Shown: piece by piece, positions 47,281 through 58,573 of the stretch
Position numbering within the stretch: position 1 is the stretch's first letter
Layout of the letters: each line of letters starts with the position of its first letter
Source of the DNA: Dipteris shenzhenensis
Lineage: Eukaryota
Reading direction: 5' to 3' (one strand)
NCBI GenBank assembly: GCA_047967505.1
Contig: CM106538.1
Length of the DNA stretch: 64,000 nt
Notes under the pieces: generated by a model
Database searches by the model: none
The model's input: only the letters and a program-made list of their open reading frames with translations
What the model was told of the DNA's origin: nothing
Translations under genes and position numbers: made by a program

Positions 47281-49923
47281 TCACCTGGCAGCTTCAACAA
47301 AGATGTTTGACAGATTCACATATGGCACATGATTTGCAGGATCCAATTCAAACACATGGTTTGCAGCACGTTGTCCTTGTTTGACATTAGTCTGATATCT
47401 GCATGCACCAAGAACAGACAAAAATGAAATGGCTGTAGGTTGAAAAGGCATTTCCTCAGTTAAAGCTTCAGCCTCATTCACATGTCCTGCCCTCCCTAAT
47501 ATGTTGATCATGCAAATATAGTGATCAATGGTAGGTAAGATGCCATAATCATGTTTCATCGAAGCAAAACAGCAACGACCCTCTTCTACCAAACCAGCAT
47601 GGCTACAAGCACCTAGTATACTGACAAAAGTGACCTTGTCTGGTATTATTTTTTCTCTTTGCATTGAGTCAAAAAGGTTGAGGACCTCCTTTCCCAGCCC
47701 ATGCTGGGCATGCACTGCAATGATTGCATTCCATGAAACTCTATTCCGTGTAGGCATATTGTCAAACATCTTCCTGGCACCTCCAAGGCTGCCACATTTG
47801 CCGTACATGGTGACAAGGGCAGTCCCTACTACAACATCAAGCTCAAATCCACTGAAATAGATACAGGCATGGACCCGCTCACCTTCCACTAATGCTGCAT
47901 GGCTTGCACATGCATCTAGAATGCTGACAAAAGTGATCTTGTCTGGCATCACTCCCTTTTGTTGCATTTGCTCATAAAGTTCAAGGGCCTTACTGGTCTG
48001 TCTATGCCAGGAATAGACTGAAATCATGATATTCCATGACGCTACATGCCACTCTGGCATTTTGTCATGTACCCTCTGAGCATCTACCAGGCTACCACAT
48101 CTGCCATACATACTGATAAGTGCAGTCCCTGTGACGACATCTGTTTCTAATCCCTTCTTTACCATATAGGCGTGCACCCACACCCCAGCATATAACGCTG
48201 AATCACAGGCGCATGCATGAAGTATGGTCATGAAGGTGACCCCATCTGGGATAGTCCCATCGTCCTGCATCTGATGAAAAAGTTGAAGAGCCTCCTGGAT
48301 GAGCCCATGCTGAGCATATACTGCAATCATGGAATTCCACAAAACCACATCTCGCTCAGGCATTTTGTCAAACAACCTTTCTGCATCTTCCAAGCTTCCA
48401 CATTTCAAATACATATTGATGAGGGCAGTGTTTACAACCATATCTATCTCCAACCCACTGTCAATGATGACAGCATGCAGACACTTGCCGTCATCCAGTG
48501 CAGCATGACTTGAAAATGTGTTCAGAAGACTGAGGAATGTGACCTTATTCGGAGATATTCCAGATTGCAGCATCTTGACAAAGAGGTAGTGAGTCTCCTT
48601 GCCATAGCCCTGCTGGGCATAAATGGCAATAACTGCAGTCCAAGAAACCACATTCTTCTCAGGCATTCTGTCAAACACCTTACGTGCCTCCCCCAAGCTG
48701 CCACATTTTCCGTACATGTTGATAAGAGCATTCGACAAAGAAACATCTGACTGGAGTCTGCTGTCCAGAATACACTTGTGTATTTGCTCACCTTCAGCTA
48801 GCATTCCACCACTGGCACATGCGGTAAGGCAGCTGACATAGGTGGACTTGTTTGGCTGTACTCCCTTCCCTTGCATTTGATTAAAGACTTGGATGGCTTT
48901 TTTGCCCTGCCCATGCTGAGCATAAACTGCAATCATGGCATTCCATGCAATCTTATCCCGCTCAGGCATCTTATTAAATGTTGCCCATGCATTCTCCAGG
49001 CTGCCACACTTGCCATACATGTTAACAAGGGCAGTCTCCACCACCACGTCAGGTACAAATTCTGTTACAAGGACACGGGCATGAATCTGCTTGCCTTGAG
49101 ATAGTAAGTCTTGGCTGGCACATGCATCCAGGACACTTACAAAAGTGACCTTATTTGGCATTATTCCCTCACCTTGCATTTGGTCAAATAGTCTCAAGGC
49201 TGTCATTTCCTGGCCATGTTGAGCAAAAACTGCAATCATTGCAGTCCATGCCACCACATCATGCTCGTGCATTGTCTCAAAGATTTCTGATGCACCCTTC
49301 ACACTCCCACACTTGCCATACATATGAATAAAGCTGCTCCCCATGTTGACATCCAGCCTACATCCTTCTACGATACGTGCATGTGTTCGCTGACCATCAG
49401 CAAGTGCTGCCTGGCTGACGAATGCAGCAAGAACAACAATAAAAGTAACTTTATTTGGTGCTATTCCTTCCTCTTGCATTTGGTGAAAGAGCTGGACAGC
49501 CACCTGGTGGAACCCTTGTCGGGCCTGTTCTCTTATAAGTGAATTCCATGAGGCAACCTCCTTAAATTGCATCTTGGAAAACGATTCCATTGCGTTCACC
49601 AAAGCTCCACACCTACTATACATTTGCACAACTCGGCTCCCTAAAAAAGAATTTTTCTCAAGTCCAATTCTGATGATGTGCTCATGCACACGCTTGCCAT
49701 CCAACAAGGCCTTTGTATTGCTACACCACCACAGTAGACAAGCGTAAGTAGCAGAATCAATCCGACCACCAGTCCTATCCATCCTATCCAAAGCATCCGT
49801 CTGATTCCAGTTCTTTAAATGTGTGTCTTCAACAGTACGTCTTATGGTCCCCGAAAAATTGCTATACGATAACCTGTAATTCAGAGCTTCCTTCGATCCC
49901 AATAGCATTCCTTCTAACGTCAT
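47281..49923 (-). CDS. PLS-class pentatricopeptide repeat protein with E-type C-terminus, no DYW (putative organellar RNA-editing factor)
   Basis: Uninterrupted 880-aa ORF of ~101-aa P-L-S triplets (WNAMIAVYAQHG, TFVSVLDACA, ALVNMYGKCG), then ACSHAGLVEEG, HYICMINILGRAG, MPFQP, YVNLSNIF. Confidence 0.95.
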   Translation of the reverse strand: MTLEGMLLGSKEALNYRLSYSNFSGTIRRTVEDTHLKNWNQTDALDRMDRTGGRIDSATYACLLWWCSNTKALLDGKRVHEHIIRIGLEKNSFLGSRVVQMYSRCGALVNAMESFSKMQFKEVASWNSLIREQARQGFHQVAVQLFHQMQEEGIAPNKVTFIVVLAAFVSQAALADGQRTHARIVEGCRLDVNMGSSFIHMYGKCGSVKGASEIFETMHEHDVVAWTAMIAVFAQHGQEMTALRLFDQMQGEGIMPNKVTFVSVLDACASQDLLSQGKQIHARVLVTEFVPDVVVETALVNMYGKCGSLENAWATFNKMPERDKIAWNAMIAVYAQHGQGKKAIQVFNQMQGKGVQPNKSTYVSCLTACASGGMLAEGEQIHKCILDSRLQSDVSLSNALINMYGKCGSLGEARKVFDRMPEKNVVSWTAVIAIYAQQGYGKETHYLFVKMLQSGISPNKVTFLSLLNTFSSHAALDDGKCLHAVIIDSGLEIDMVVNTALINMYLKCGSLEDAERLFDKMPERDVVLWNSMIAVYAQHGLIQEALQLFHQMQDDGTIPDGVTFMTILHACACDSALYAGVWVHAYMVKKGLETDVVTGTALISMYGRCGSLVDAQRVHDKMPEWHVASWNIMISVYSWHRQTSKALELYEQMQQKGVMPDKITFVSILDACASHAALVEGERVHACIYFSGFELDVVVGTALVTMYGKCGSLGGARKMFDNMPTRNRVSWNAIIAVHAQHGLGKEVLNLFDSMQREKIIPDKVTFVSILGACSHAGLVEEGRCCFASMKHDYGILPTIDHYICMINILGRAGHVNEAEALTEEMPFQPTAISFLSVLGACRYQTNVKQGQRAANHVFELDPANHVPYVNLSNIFVEAAR

Positions 49924-50954
49924 CCGCCCTTCCAGAAATTTGATTCAATCCGTTCATCGAGCATTCGTGCCCAATGTTCGAGTAATGCTGTTCACACTGA
50001 TATTCAAAGATCCATGAAACCAAGCTGACACTCGTGCCTTCGTAATTTCTACAGAGAAACCCAGCCAATGCCTGCTAGTCACCTCAGCCACTTTATCCGT
50101 TCTAAGCAAAACTTTATTCTTCTTCCCCAAAGCTCTTGGCTATGGAAAACGCATAGAAGTCTGTGTTTCTGCAAGGAAGACAGCTTAGCCTTTCCTCTTG
50201 CAGCACTGATCATTCTCACAGATGATCGTGGAGCTGAAACGTGAAGACTTGTAATGTGGACTTAAAACAAGAGATCGCACCGAGGGGAAGGGTTCATCCC
50301 AGTGTTCGTAGAAAACATTTTTCTCAACAAATAAGGTTTTAAGAATTTGTTGATCTTTTAGCTTAATTATAACTAAATTGCCTAAAATTTTGCAGATTTT
50401 ACAAAATTGAGAAAATGTTTTTTACGGGTGAAAATGATAATGTTACAAGTTCATTGTATATGGTTTACAGGTTTTCGGTGAACACTGGTTCATCCTACTA
50501 GCTCATCCATTAGTTGTGCCTAATGACCAATTAGACTCCTTTGTTCCCTCGATGAGACCATGCAACATATAGAGATAGAGAGAAAGATCCTAAGGCACTT
50601 GGACAGCCTAGCTAATCCTTTTCCAGGATCAAAGCTTACCGGTGAGAATACTTTGCAAAAGCATTGGGAAAGAACACACAATAGCTTCTGCTGAAACTTT
50701 TGAAAACAAGATGAATGAGCTCAGTTACACACTGCCTGACGCCCGCCCAAGCGAGAGAATGGATGGGCGAGGGTTGGGTTACACACCAAGAGGACACGTC
50801 AAATAAAAGAAAGACTCCTCCATTTTTTACACAAGTAGCAGGACTCGTCTACGACGGATTAGAGACTCGCTCTGTTGGGTCTAAAAGTTGGGATGGTTTA
50901 AAGAAATAGAATATAATGTTTCATTTATAAATCTCAAGCTTTGAGAAATTTTAA

Positions 50955-50957
<3 letters not shown>

Positions 50958-50994
<37 letters not shown>
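50958..50994 (+). repeat. (TC)n microsatellite
   Basis: Direct reading; shorter CT and GT runs continue to ~51145. Confidence 0.95.
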
Positions 50995-51000
<6 letters not shown>

Positions 51001-51586
51001 CATCTCTCTCTAAAACACATGCGTGTGCATGTGTGCATACTCTCTCTCTTTCTCTCTCTCCCTATGCGTTAGCAGTGTGTCAGCTGCATTTACTCTCCCT
51101 AGCCAGCTGTATCTACTCGCCCTTCATGTGTGTGTGTGTGTGCATGCGTGCGTGCATGTGCGTCCCAATATTTGATCAATATTTTACATGATAGTTTTCT
51201 ACCCATTGAGAGTAGACCTATTTTTCCCAACCCTTTTTCCATATATAATAGTAGGAAACCATGTTAATACCCTTATACACATACTCGCATGTGTCATAAT
51301 GTATTTGAGCGATTGAAAGCGTCCAAATTGTTCAATTCACAAAAATTTGACTATGTAATTAAAAGAAAAATTTAACTATATTTCTCTTAAGGAAAAAAGA
51401 CCAAAAGCACATTGTTTTTAAAGACATCATGATAATAAGTATAATATTGATTTTTCAAACAATAGTAAAAAAACACTTAATTAAAGGAATAACTTTGCCT
51501 ATTCAAACTTTACTTAGTGCCTTACATGTTTAAAAATTCTTACCTTACCCTTTAATGATCACCCAACCTAAATCTAGGTTTGATTA

Positions 51587-52042
51587 TGTTTACATTACGC
51601 TATATAAATACCACATGCTCTAAGCTTACCTTAATGTACTTGATTCAACACTATCTTTAAGAACTCAAATATAAATATGTTTACATTAGAAAGGTATGAC
51701 GCTACTTGTTCAATGCCACAAATCATAGTACATTTATCCCCACGATGCATGCCACCAAAACCCCATATGACACCGCTAGCCAATGCTTGTGCTTAGGGTC
51801 AAAAATGTTTACACTACCTTATATAAATACCACACAGTCTAAGCTTACCTAAATGTACTTGAATTACATTGGACACTATCTTTAAGAACTCAAATATAAA
51901 TATGTTTACATTACAAAGGTATGTCTCAACCCATCGTAGATATGTGATGCTACTTGTTCAATGCCACAAAGCATAGCACATTTATCCCCATGATGCATGC
52001 CACCAAAACCCCATATGACATCGCTAGCCAGTGCTTGTGCTT
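51587..52042 (+). repeat. ~210-240-bp diverged tandem duplication
   Basis: ATGTTTACA..TATATAAATACCACA..CTAAGCTTACC...GCTTGTGCTT at ~51587 and ~51805; copy 2 has small insertions. Confidence 0.85.
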
Positions 52043-52280
52043 GATCATCACTAGTTGGTACCTCTCAAAGTATTGTTGCAAATTTGCTTTGGTTAAGATC
52101 CTTGCAAGATTCCCAAGATGATGTATAGGTAAATGACACCTTCTTTGATGCACATATAGTCTCAAGGAACTTGTTTGTTCTATGCAAATCGAAAAGCCAT
52201 CATTACTTGAACATTGTGCATAAAATTTAAGGAAAGGATCAAGCAGAGGTTGATCTTACAATCCACCGAACCAGAAATAT

Positions 52281-54900
52281 TGTAAGCTTGTTGACCAACT
52301 ATCTTGTCCTTGACTGTGCAAATCATTAGATCAACCCTCACTCTAATAGCCCACTTTGAAGCAGCACTTCGAGGCTCTCGTCAATCAAAGCGCAAAATGC
52401 TTGTCCTCATATATCATATTTATGTCAAGCGAGCTGCTATAAGAGCTACCTTTGTGTAGCGCTAAGAGAGGCCTTGGCGAGGCCTCTCTTCTCTCTCTCT
52501 CTCTCTCTCTCTCAACATTCAATATATAAAGAGAGATTGCTTGTAAACATTCAATCATTAATAAAATGCATATTTTTGGGTTTTCTTTGTTTGTCTTCTA
52601 TGTTCTCACACTAGTTTAACATGGTATTAGAGCATTTCTATCTTTGCAAGCCTTGATTGCTCTTGATTGCTCCTACCTTCACAAGTCTTGATCAATCTTG
52701 ATTGCTCCTACCTTCACAAAGTCTTGATCGATCTTTTCAACACAGTTGACTTCAATATTTTAAAGGCACTTCAAAACTCCTCAAGTAGATTATACTCTAA
52801 AGCATTGACATGAACGAGTCCAACATCTCAGATCACTATAAATCACCCAACAGCTTCCATCTTTGAGGTTCCATCATTACTGCACAAGGGCGACACCTGT
52901 TCTTGGTCTTGTAAGTCCGATCGGAAGTTCAACTCTTCTTCTAAGATGCGATCCGTGTATGGTGTTAAATAATGACAAGTTTGATTGGGGATCATCCAAA
53001 CAATCCCAACCTAAGCAATCTAGCTTTTGAAGCTTAATGGTAAATTAGAGTATATAAGAGGTGCTAGAGTGAATACTTTAATGCACTTTGCTACATACAG
53101 GTTTGAAGAAATATGAACTTGATTGATTTCACTTTAAATTCAGATGGGGCTTCACCCTAAAAGCTAATTTCCATTACTAAAGGTTGAGATACTATTTCCA
53201 TCAAAGTTGTATGCGGACCAGCCTTCAATCACATACTTCAATCACATAGTAGTCACCATTATGCTGGTTTTAAGTGCAAGGTCTCTCCTTGCAATACCAA
53301 TAGTATGTGTGACATTGACAATTGGGTTTTAAATCCTAGTTTGCTATACGGAATCCCAAGTTGCAATTTACCTATCTTCAAAGTCTAATATTAACAATGA
53401 CTTTAGAGTTATTACCTTGTTAATTGCAATTTAAGTTATTAACCCTTTAGAATTGGAAAGTACATAAAGTGTATTGGTATTTCTTTTTACAAGAAAAATG
53501 CAATGGCAAAGCAACACACCATCTCTTTCAAAGGTCTCACTGGGAGAAAAACTTTGTACATGTTCCAAGGGACCATATATTGTGCATGGAAGACAAAGAT
53601 GAAGTGGGTCCTTCAAAGTGACAAGCCTTTAAACATTATTAAATTCAAAATTCACCATCCTGTACATCCAATTAATGAAAATGAAGATCCAATTGGAGCC
53701 AAAGAAATTTACACTGCATGGATAAAAGTGGCTACAGAGTGGGATGACAAAGATCAAGCCACTTAAGGCTTAATTTTATATTCTTTGAAAGATTCAATAT
53801 TAATGGATTTTGAAAGTTTAGAGCAGTCACATGAGGTTTGGGATTATTTAAGAAAAAACATTCCTTAAAAGACCTACTCAAGAAGTGCTTCATCTTTGAA
53901 ATTCTCTTTCTAATTTAGATTATAAGATTACTAATTCTTTTGAAGAGCACATTGAAAACTTCAAGTCTATTTTGAAGTAGATGTCTACTATAGGTGCTCT
54001 TGTTCTGAAGGATAAACACATTGCTGATGCTTTTAGAGACTATGAAAGCATTAGAATTCAATACAATTGTTACAGTATTGGAAATAAAGATAATGAAAAT
54101 TTTGAAGGAGTATGTGATTCTTGAAGGATGTTACTCGCAAACTCAAAGAAACGGTACACCTTGAAGAGAAAGCATTGGTTGTGAGTAAAAAATGTTTGTT
54201 TAACTCTTTCTCAAATAATGAGCAAGTTTTATACGTAACACCTAAGTACTTTTGTGATTTTAATATTATAGATGCGGATATTATCAAGCTAGGTAGAAAC
54301 CAAGCTTTTGGTAATTGTCAAGATGGTCATGGAAACCAAGCTTTTGTAAATTAAGCTAGTCGACATGGAGACCAAGCTTTTGAAAATTATCAAGTTGGTT
54401 GTGGAAACCAAACTTTTGGAAATTATCAAACTGATTGTGGAAACCATGCTAGATGCACTTAAATAAATTTATAATGTATGATTTTTATGGAAATCCTAGC
54501 CATGATGAAGATTCTTGTTACTGCAAAATATATATCAAGTTGAAGGCCACTCATGATGCTCGCAATAATGCTTATCTCATTCATGAGAATAGTGATGGTA
54601 ATAATTCCAAAAGAGAGGAACTTCATAATGTGACTACTTCTTGTGAATATGATTACATGGCAAAGAATAAAATTTCTTTAACAGTGGATTTTGGAGCTAC
54701 TTAACATATGACACAACACCATCAATGGCTGGCCAATTTTTGTTTGCTTCAAGTGAGAAAGCTTGTTTAATTCTTCCTATCTTGTTAAAGATATTGGAGA
54801 CCTAAAGATACTACATCAGGTATGCACATCCTACATGGAGTTTTCTATGTTTCAAGGTCACATAGATATTGGATTTTTCGTATTCTTTTATTAGCATGTT
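52281..54900 (+). mobile_element. Degenerate Ty1/copia, 5' part (LTR to 52621, PBS, gag, protease)
   Basis: TTTAACA|TGGTATTAGAGC at 52615-52633; FQGTIYCAWKTKMKWVL; decayed knuckle YDFYGNPSHDEDSC; VDFGAT*HMT. LTR start is approximate. Confidence 0.7.
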
Positions 54901-55199
54901 TGCTTATTTATCAAGCAAGGTTGTATTCTTGGGGTGGTACCAAGAAAAGGAAATTTATATGAGTTGACGTTGACAATATGTGCATATCTATAATAATATG
55001 GGTTGATGTTGAGTTCACTAAGAAAAGGAAAATTATATGAGTTGATGTTGAGAACTAAGTTTATATACAAAATCCTCAGATAATTGCTATCTACCTAGAG
55101 TGTGGATCAGTGAATAACCAAATTCTTGAAAGAGTGTGGATCACTAAATAATCAAATTCTTTCAAGAGAAGGATCCATCTAGCTAGCCTTCCAAATAGG

Positions 55200-55890
55200 T
55201 GTTGCTTATCTGCCAAATAGATTAATGCCTAATGATCAACATGAAAAATCACTTTGTTTCCAAGAAGATAATGTGAAAATTTGAAAAGGGAATATTTCAT
55301 CCTAAGGCTTCACGTCCTATGGCTAAATAATTTTGCTTTATCTTGCTCATCATTCTACTTGCATAGTACATTAGTTTGTACCAATTCTTTATATGGATCT
55401 GCATCAAAGCTGCTCCAACTACAATGTTGGAGGGATCCACAAAAACATGAAATGGAAGCTCCCAATTTGGAGAGAAAAGAATTGGTGCAACAATGAGAAT
55501 TTCTTTCAATAAAGAGAAGGCCTTTTGCTAGTTTTTGGACCAAATATATAGTGCATCTTTTTGAGTTAGACTTGTCATCGCTTGACATACATTGGATAAA
55601 TACCCCAAACATCTATTATGCCACTTAATTTGACCAATGAATCTACCAAGTTGTTTTAGATTTTTGAGTGTTGGGCATTTTGAATGGCTTCTATATTTTG
55701 AAGATCTATAGTCATACCTTCTTCTAATATTATATGCCCTTGTAAGACTCCTCTTTTGACCCCAAATGCACATTTGTATGGAATTAAATTGAGCCTTGTT
55801 GAGTGTGATTTCCCAAAATAGTGCATGAAATGTTGAAGACGTTTTGATTTTTTGCCAAAGACACTGAAGTCATCTAAGAACACCTCATAG
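55200..55890 (-). pseudogene. Ty3/gypsy RT-RNase H fragment
   Basis: FLDDFSVFG; LKQLGRFIGQIKW; PFHVFVDPSNIVVGAALMQ...YYASR; frameshifted. Confidence 0.8.
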
Positions 55891-56329
55891 GACTAGTAAG
55901 GAATGGAGCAAATACAATTGAAAATCTCCATAAGGAAACTGTAGAAGACATGCAATTAATTAATGCTACCATTGTTTGCTTGCCACTCCTATGACTCATA
56001 CACTCTCAAGGCAATGCTAACCTACTAGTATCTTTTTCAAAGAGTGTCACCAATCACGTCACAATGTAGGCCTTCAAAAAAATTGGCTCTTGTTTAGGCA
56101 CAATCATACACTAGTGCGGCATGCCTAAACTACACCCCTTGAGATAGCTACCATCCATTGCTTTGCTAAGAGGCAGGGTGGTATCTAGCTTCCAAAGAGG
56201 GTTACCGCTCGTGCCACAATGCAATGCTTAAAAAATAGTGTGACATACCCAACCTGCAACTTGTTTTGAACTTCCAAAACATAAAACTCCTATCAAAGAT
56301 GTTAAGTCATCTAAGAACACTCTCATAGA

Positions 56330-56900
56330 ACTAGTAAGGAATGGAACAAATACTTGCTAACTACATTTCCTAATGGTAGGTGGTGCATTCCTGAGACCAA
56401 ATGTCATTACATTGCTAGCAAAGATACCCAATTCCATGATGATGTAGTCTTGTTTTTATCTAAGTGGGCTTATGAAGAGCAAATGAAAAAATGTTCTAGA
56501 TTCAAAGAAAATGAAGTGAAAGGATTTAGGGGAAAATCAGAGGTTTTAATGGGCAAAATTTTGAATGGCAAGCAGAATAGGCAATGACTTGTCAAATGAG
56601 AGGACTCAGAAGGGAATGCAAAAGAGGTGGGGGGGGATGTGACTTTGGTGTGAAAGGGTGACAAGTTACAAGACTTGAATTTAGGTTCATAGGAATCTCC
56701 AAAAATGGTCAAAATCAGTGTGCATATAAATGTCTCAAAGATCAACTAAAGGCTTTATTGCTCGAATTTAAAGACATATTTGCATGGCATTACACATACA
56801 TGAAAGAGTAGAGCCAAAATTCCATTAGCACAAGATCAATCTGAAGGAGGATGCAATTCCAATTATGCAACAAGATATGGGATGAATCCCAACTATGCAA
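56330..56900 (+). pseudogene. Ty3/gypsy pol fragment (linker and start of RT)
   Basis: LLLEFKDIFAWHY..MK; HKINLKEDAIPI; MNPNYA. Confidence 0.6.
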
Positions 56901-56959
56901 AATTGGCCACATAATAAATTGCTATTTGTTTCTCTGTTATAAGTAGTCCAATTGTTAGA

Positions 56960-57470
56960 ACTAAGGTGGTATTGTTGGTTTAGTACTAAATTGTCCTCTT
57001 GTAGTACTATGGATTTCCATGTTCAAAGTGGTGAGCATTTGGGGCATGGTATGAAATAGAATGTCTGCCTTGGTCTTGGGTGATTTGTAGACATTAAGTA
57101 TAGCTATGGGTGGAGTTTCTTCTAAGGCCTTGTGTTCTAGAAATGCATTGGAAGTCAAGGAGGCATGTGTAAGTATAGTTATGGGGGGAGTTTTTCAAGA
57201 GAAAAATATAAAAAATAAGCATTCAATGCCATCTTGGAAGCTATAGTACTCTCTCATACATTGGAGTTCATTTTTGTAATATGTCGCACTTCCAAGTCCT
57301 TGTGTTCTAGAAATGGATTGGAAGTCAAGGAGGCATGTGTTGTGTGTTAGAGCAACATACATTTCTTGTAAATAGAGGAATTTTTCTATGTGAATGATTT
57401 TACTAAAGAGGATGTGTGGATTTTGTGCAACAAATGACACAGTATTGAGAGATTGGAATGTCTACTCATA
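56960..57470 (-). pseudogene. Possible AP-endonuclease (EEP) remnant of a Helentron or LINE
   Basis: SLNTVSF...FLYLQE...ILNVYKSP follows EEP motif order; very degenerate. Confidence 0.35.
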
Positions 57471-57564
57471 GTGCTTCCATGCAAAGAAGTCAATCTAGTC
57501 TAGTGACCAAAGAGATTGTGATTTTTGCCACTTGATTTCCTGAAGACTATCAACTCAACCTTAG

Positions 57565-58573
57565 CAAGCTTGTGTATATTCATTTCATACACATTACATG
57601 ATACATCCTGCACAACATGACACCACATGATTAGAAAAAGGTCTTGTTGGAAAAACTAGAACCTTGGCTAGTTTCTCCATGTAGAGGAAATAGTAGAGAG
57701 AAGGGAATGGTCTAATTCAAAACTTCAACTTTATGTGCCCACAAAATAGAACTCACAAGCAAAAAACTTAGGATATAGACAATAGTAGAACAATTCAAAA
57801 ATGTCTCAAGAATATATTGTACAAATATGAACCAAACAATCTTATAGATGACTTAACCAAAGATCCCAAAACATGCAACAATCTATTGCCCTTGATGCTA
57901 TATGATGAGCACAAACTCTACTCCTACTTTGTCCTTACCTTTGGTTGCATGCTCGCAATTTAATAAGCCAAATATTTAGGGTTCATAAGGAACTCACAAA
58001 TGCTTTAAAGGCAAGCTTGTGTATAGTCGTTTCATACACGTAGCATCCTGTACAAGATTCCATCACATGATAATAAATTATTAGTCAAGGTAGCAACAAG
58101 ATCTTGTTAGAATAATTAGACCCTTGGCTAGTTTCTCTACATAGTAAAAACAACAAATGGATAAGGTGTGTGCATGAGAAAAATCTTAGAGTGAAGGGAA
58201 CATTGTAATTCAAGACTTCAACTTATGTGTCCATAAGATAGAATGCACAAGCACCAAACTTAGGAGATAGACAACAGTAACAATTCAAAAATTCCTTAAG
58301 AATATATTGCACAGATATGAGCCAAACAGTCTTACATAAGGATTCACCAAATTTCCCAAAATATGAAAAAATCTACTGCCTTAGATGCTCTATGGTGAGC
58401 ACAAACTATGCTCCTTGCTCGCATTGGTTGCATGCTTCTTCATGAGCTTTAGTAACCTTTTTTAGTGCAAGCTCCATGCTTCTTCATGAGCTTTAGTAAC
58501 CTTTTTAAGTGCAAGCTCCTTGCATGCTTCTTCATGAGCTTTAGTAACCTTTTTTAGTGCAAGCTCCTTGCAC
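57565..58573 (+). repeat. Diverged ~445-bp tandem duplication followed by three ~46-bp tandem units
   Basis: GCAAGCTTGTGTATA..TTTCATACAC at ~57563 and ~58011; CATGCTTCTTCATGAGCTTTAGTAACCTTTTT.AGTGCAAGCTC three times from 58431. Confidence 0.85.

Noticed and set aside
47630-50068. Small ORFs overlapping the PPR gene
   Set aside because: Antisense or alternate-frame by-products of the repetitive PPR coding sequence.
58431-58573. CRISPR-like short repeats
   Set aside because: Head-to-tail with no unique spacers, eukaryotic context, no cas genes.
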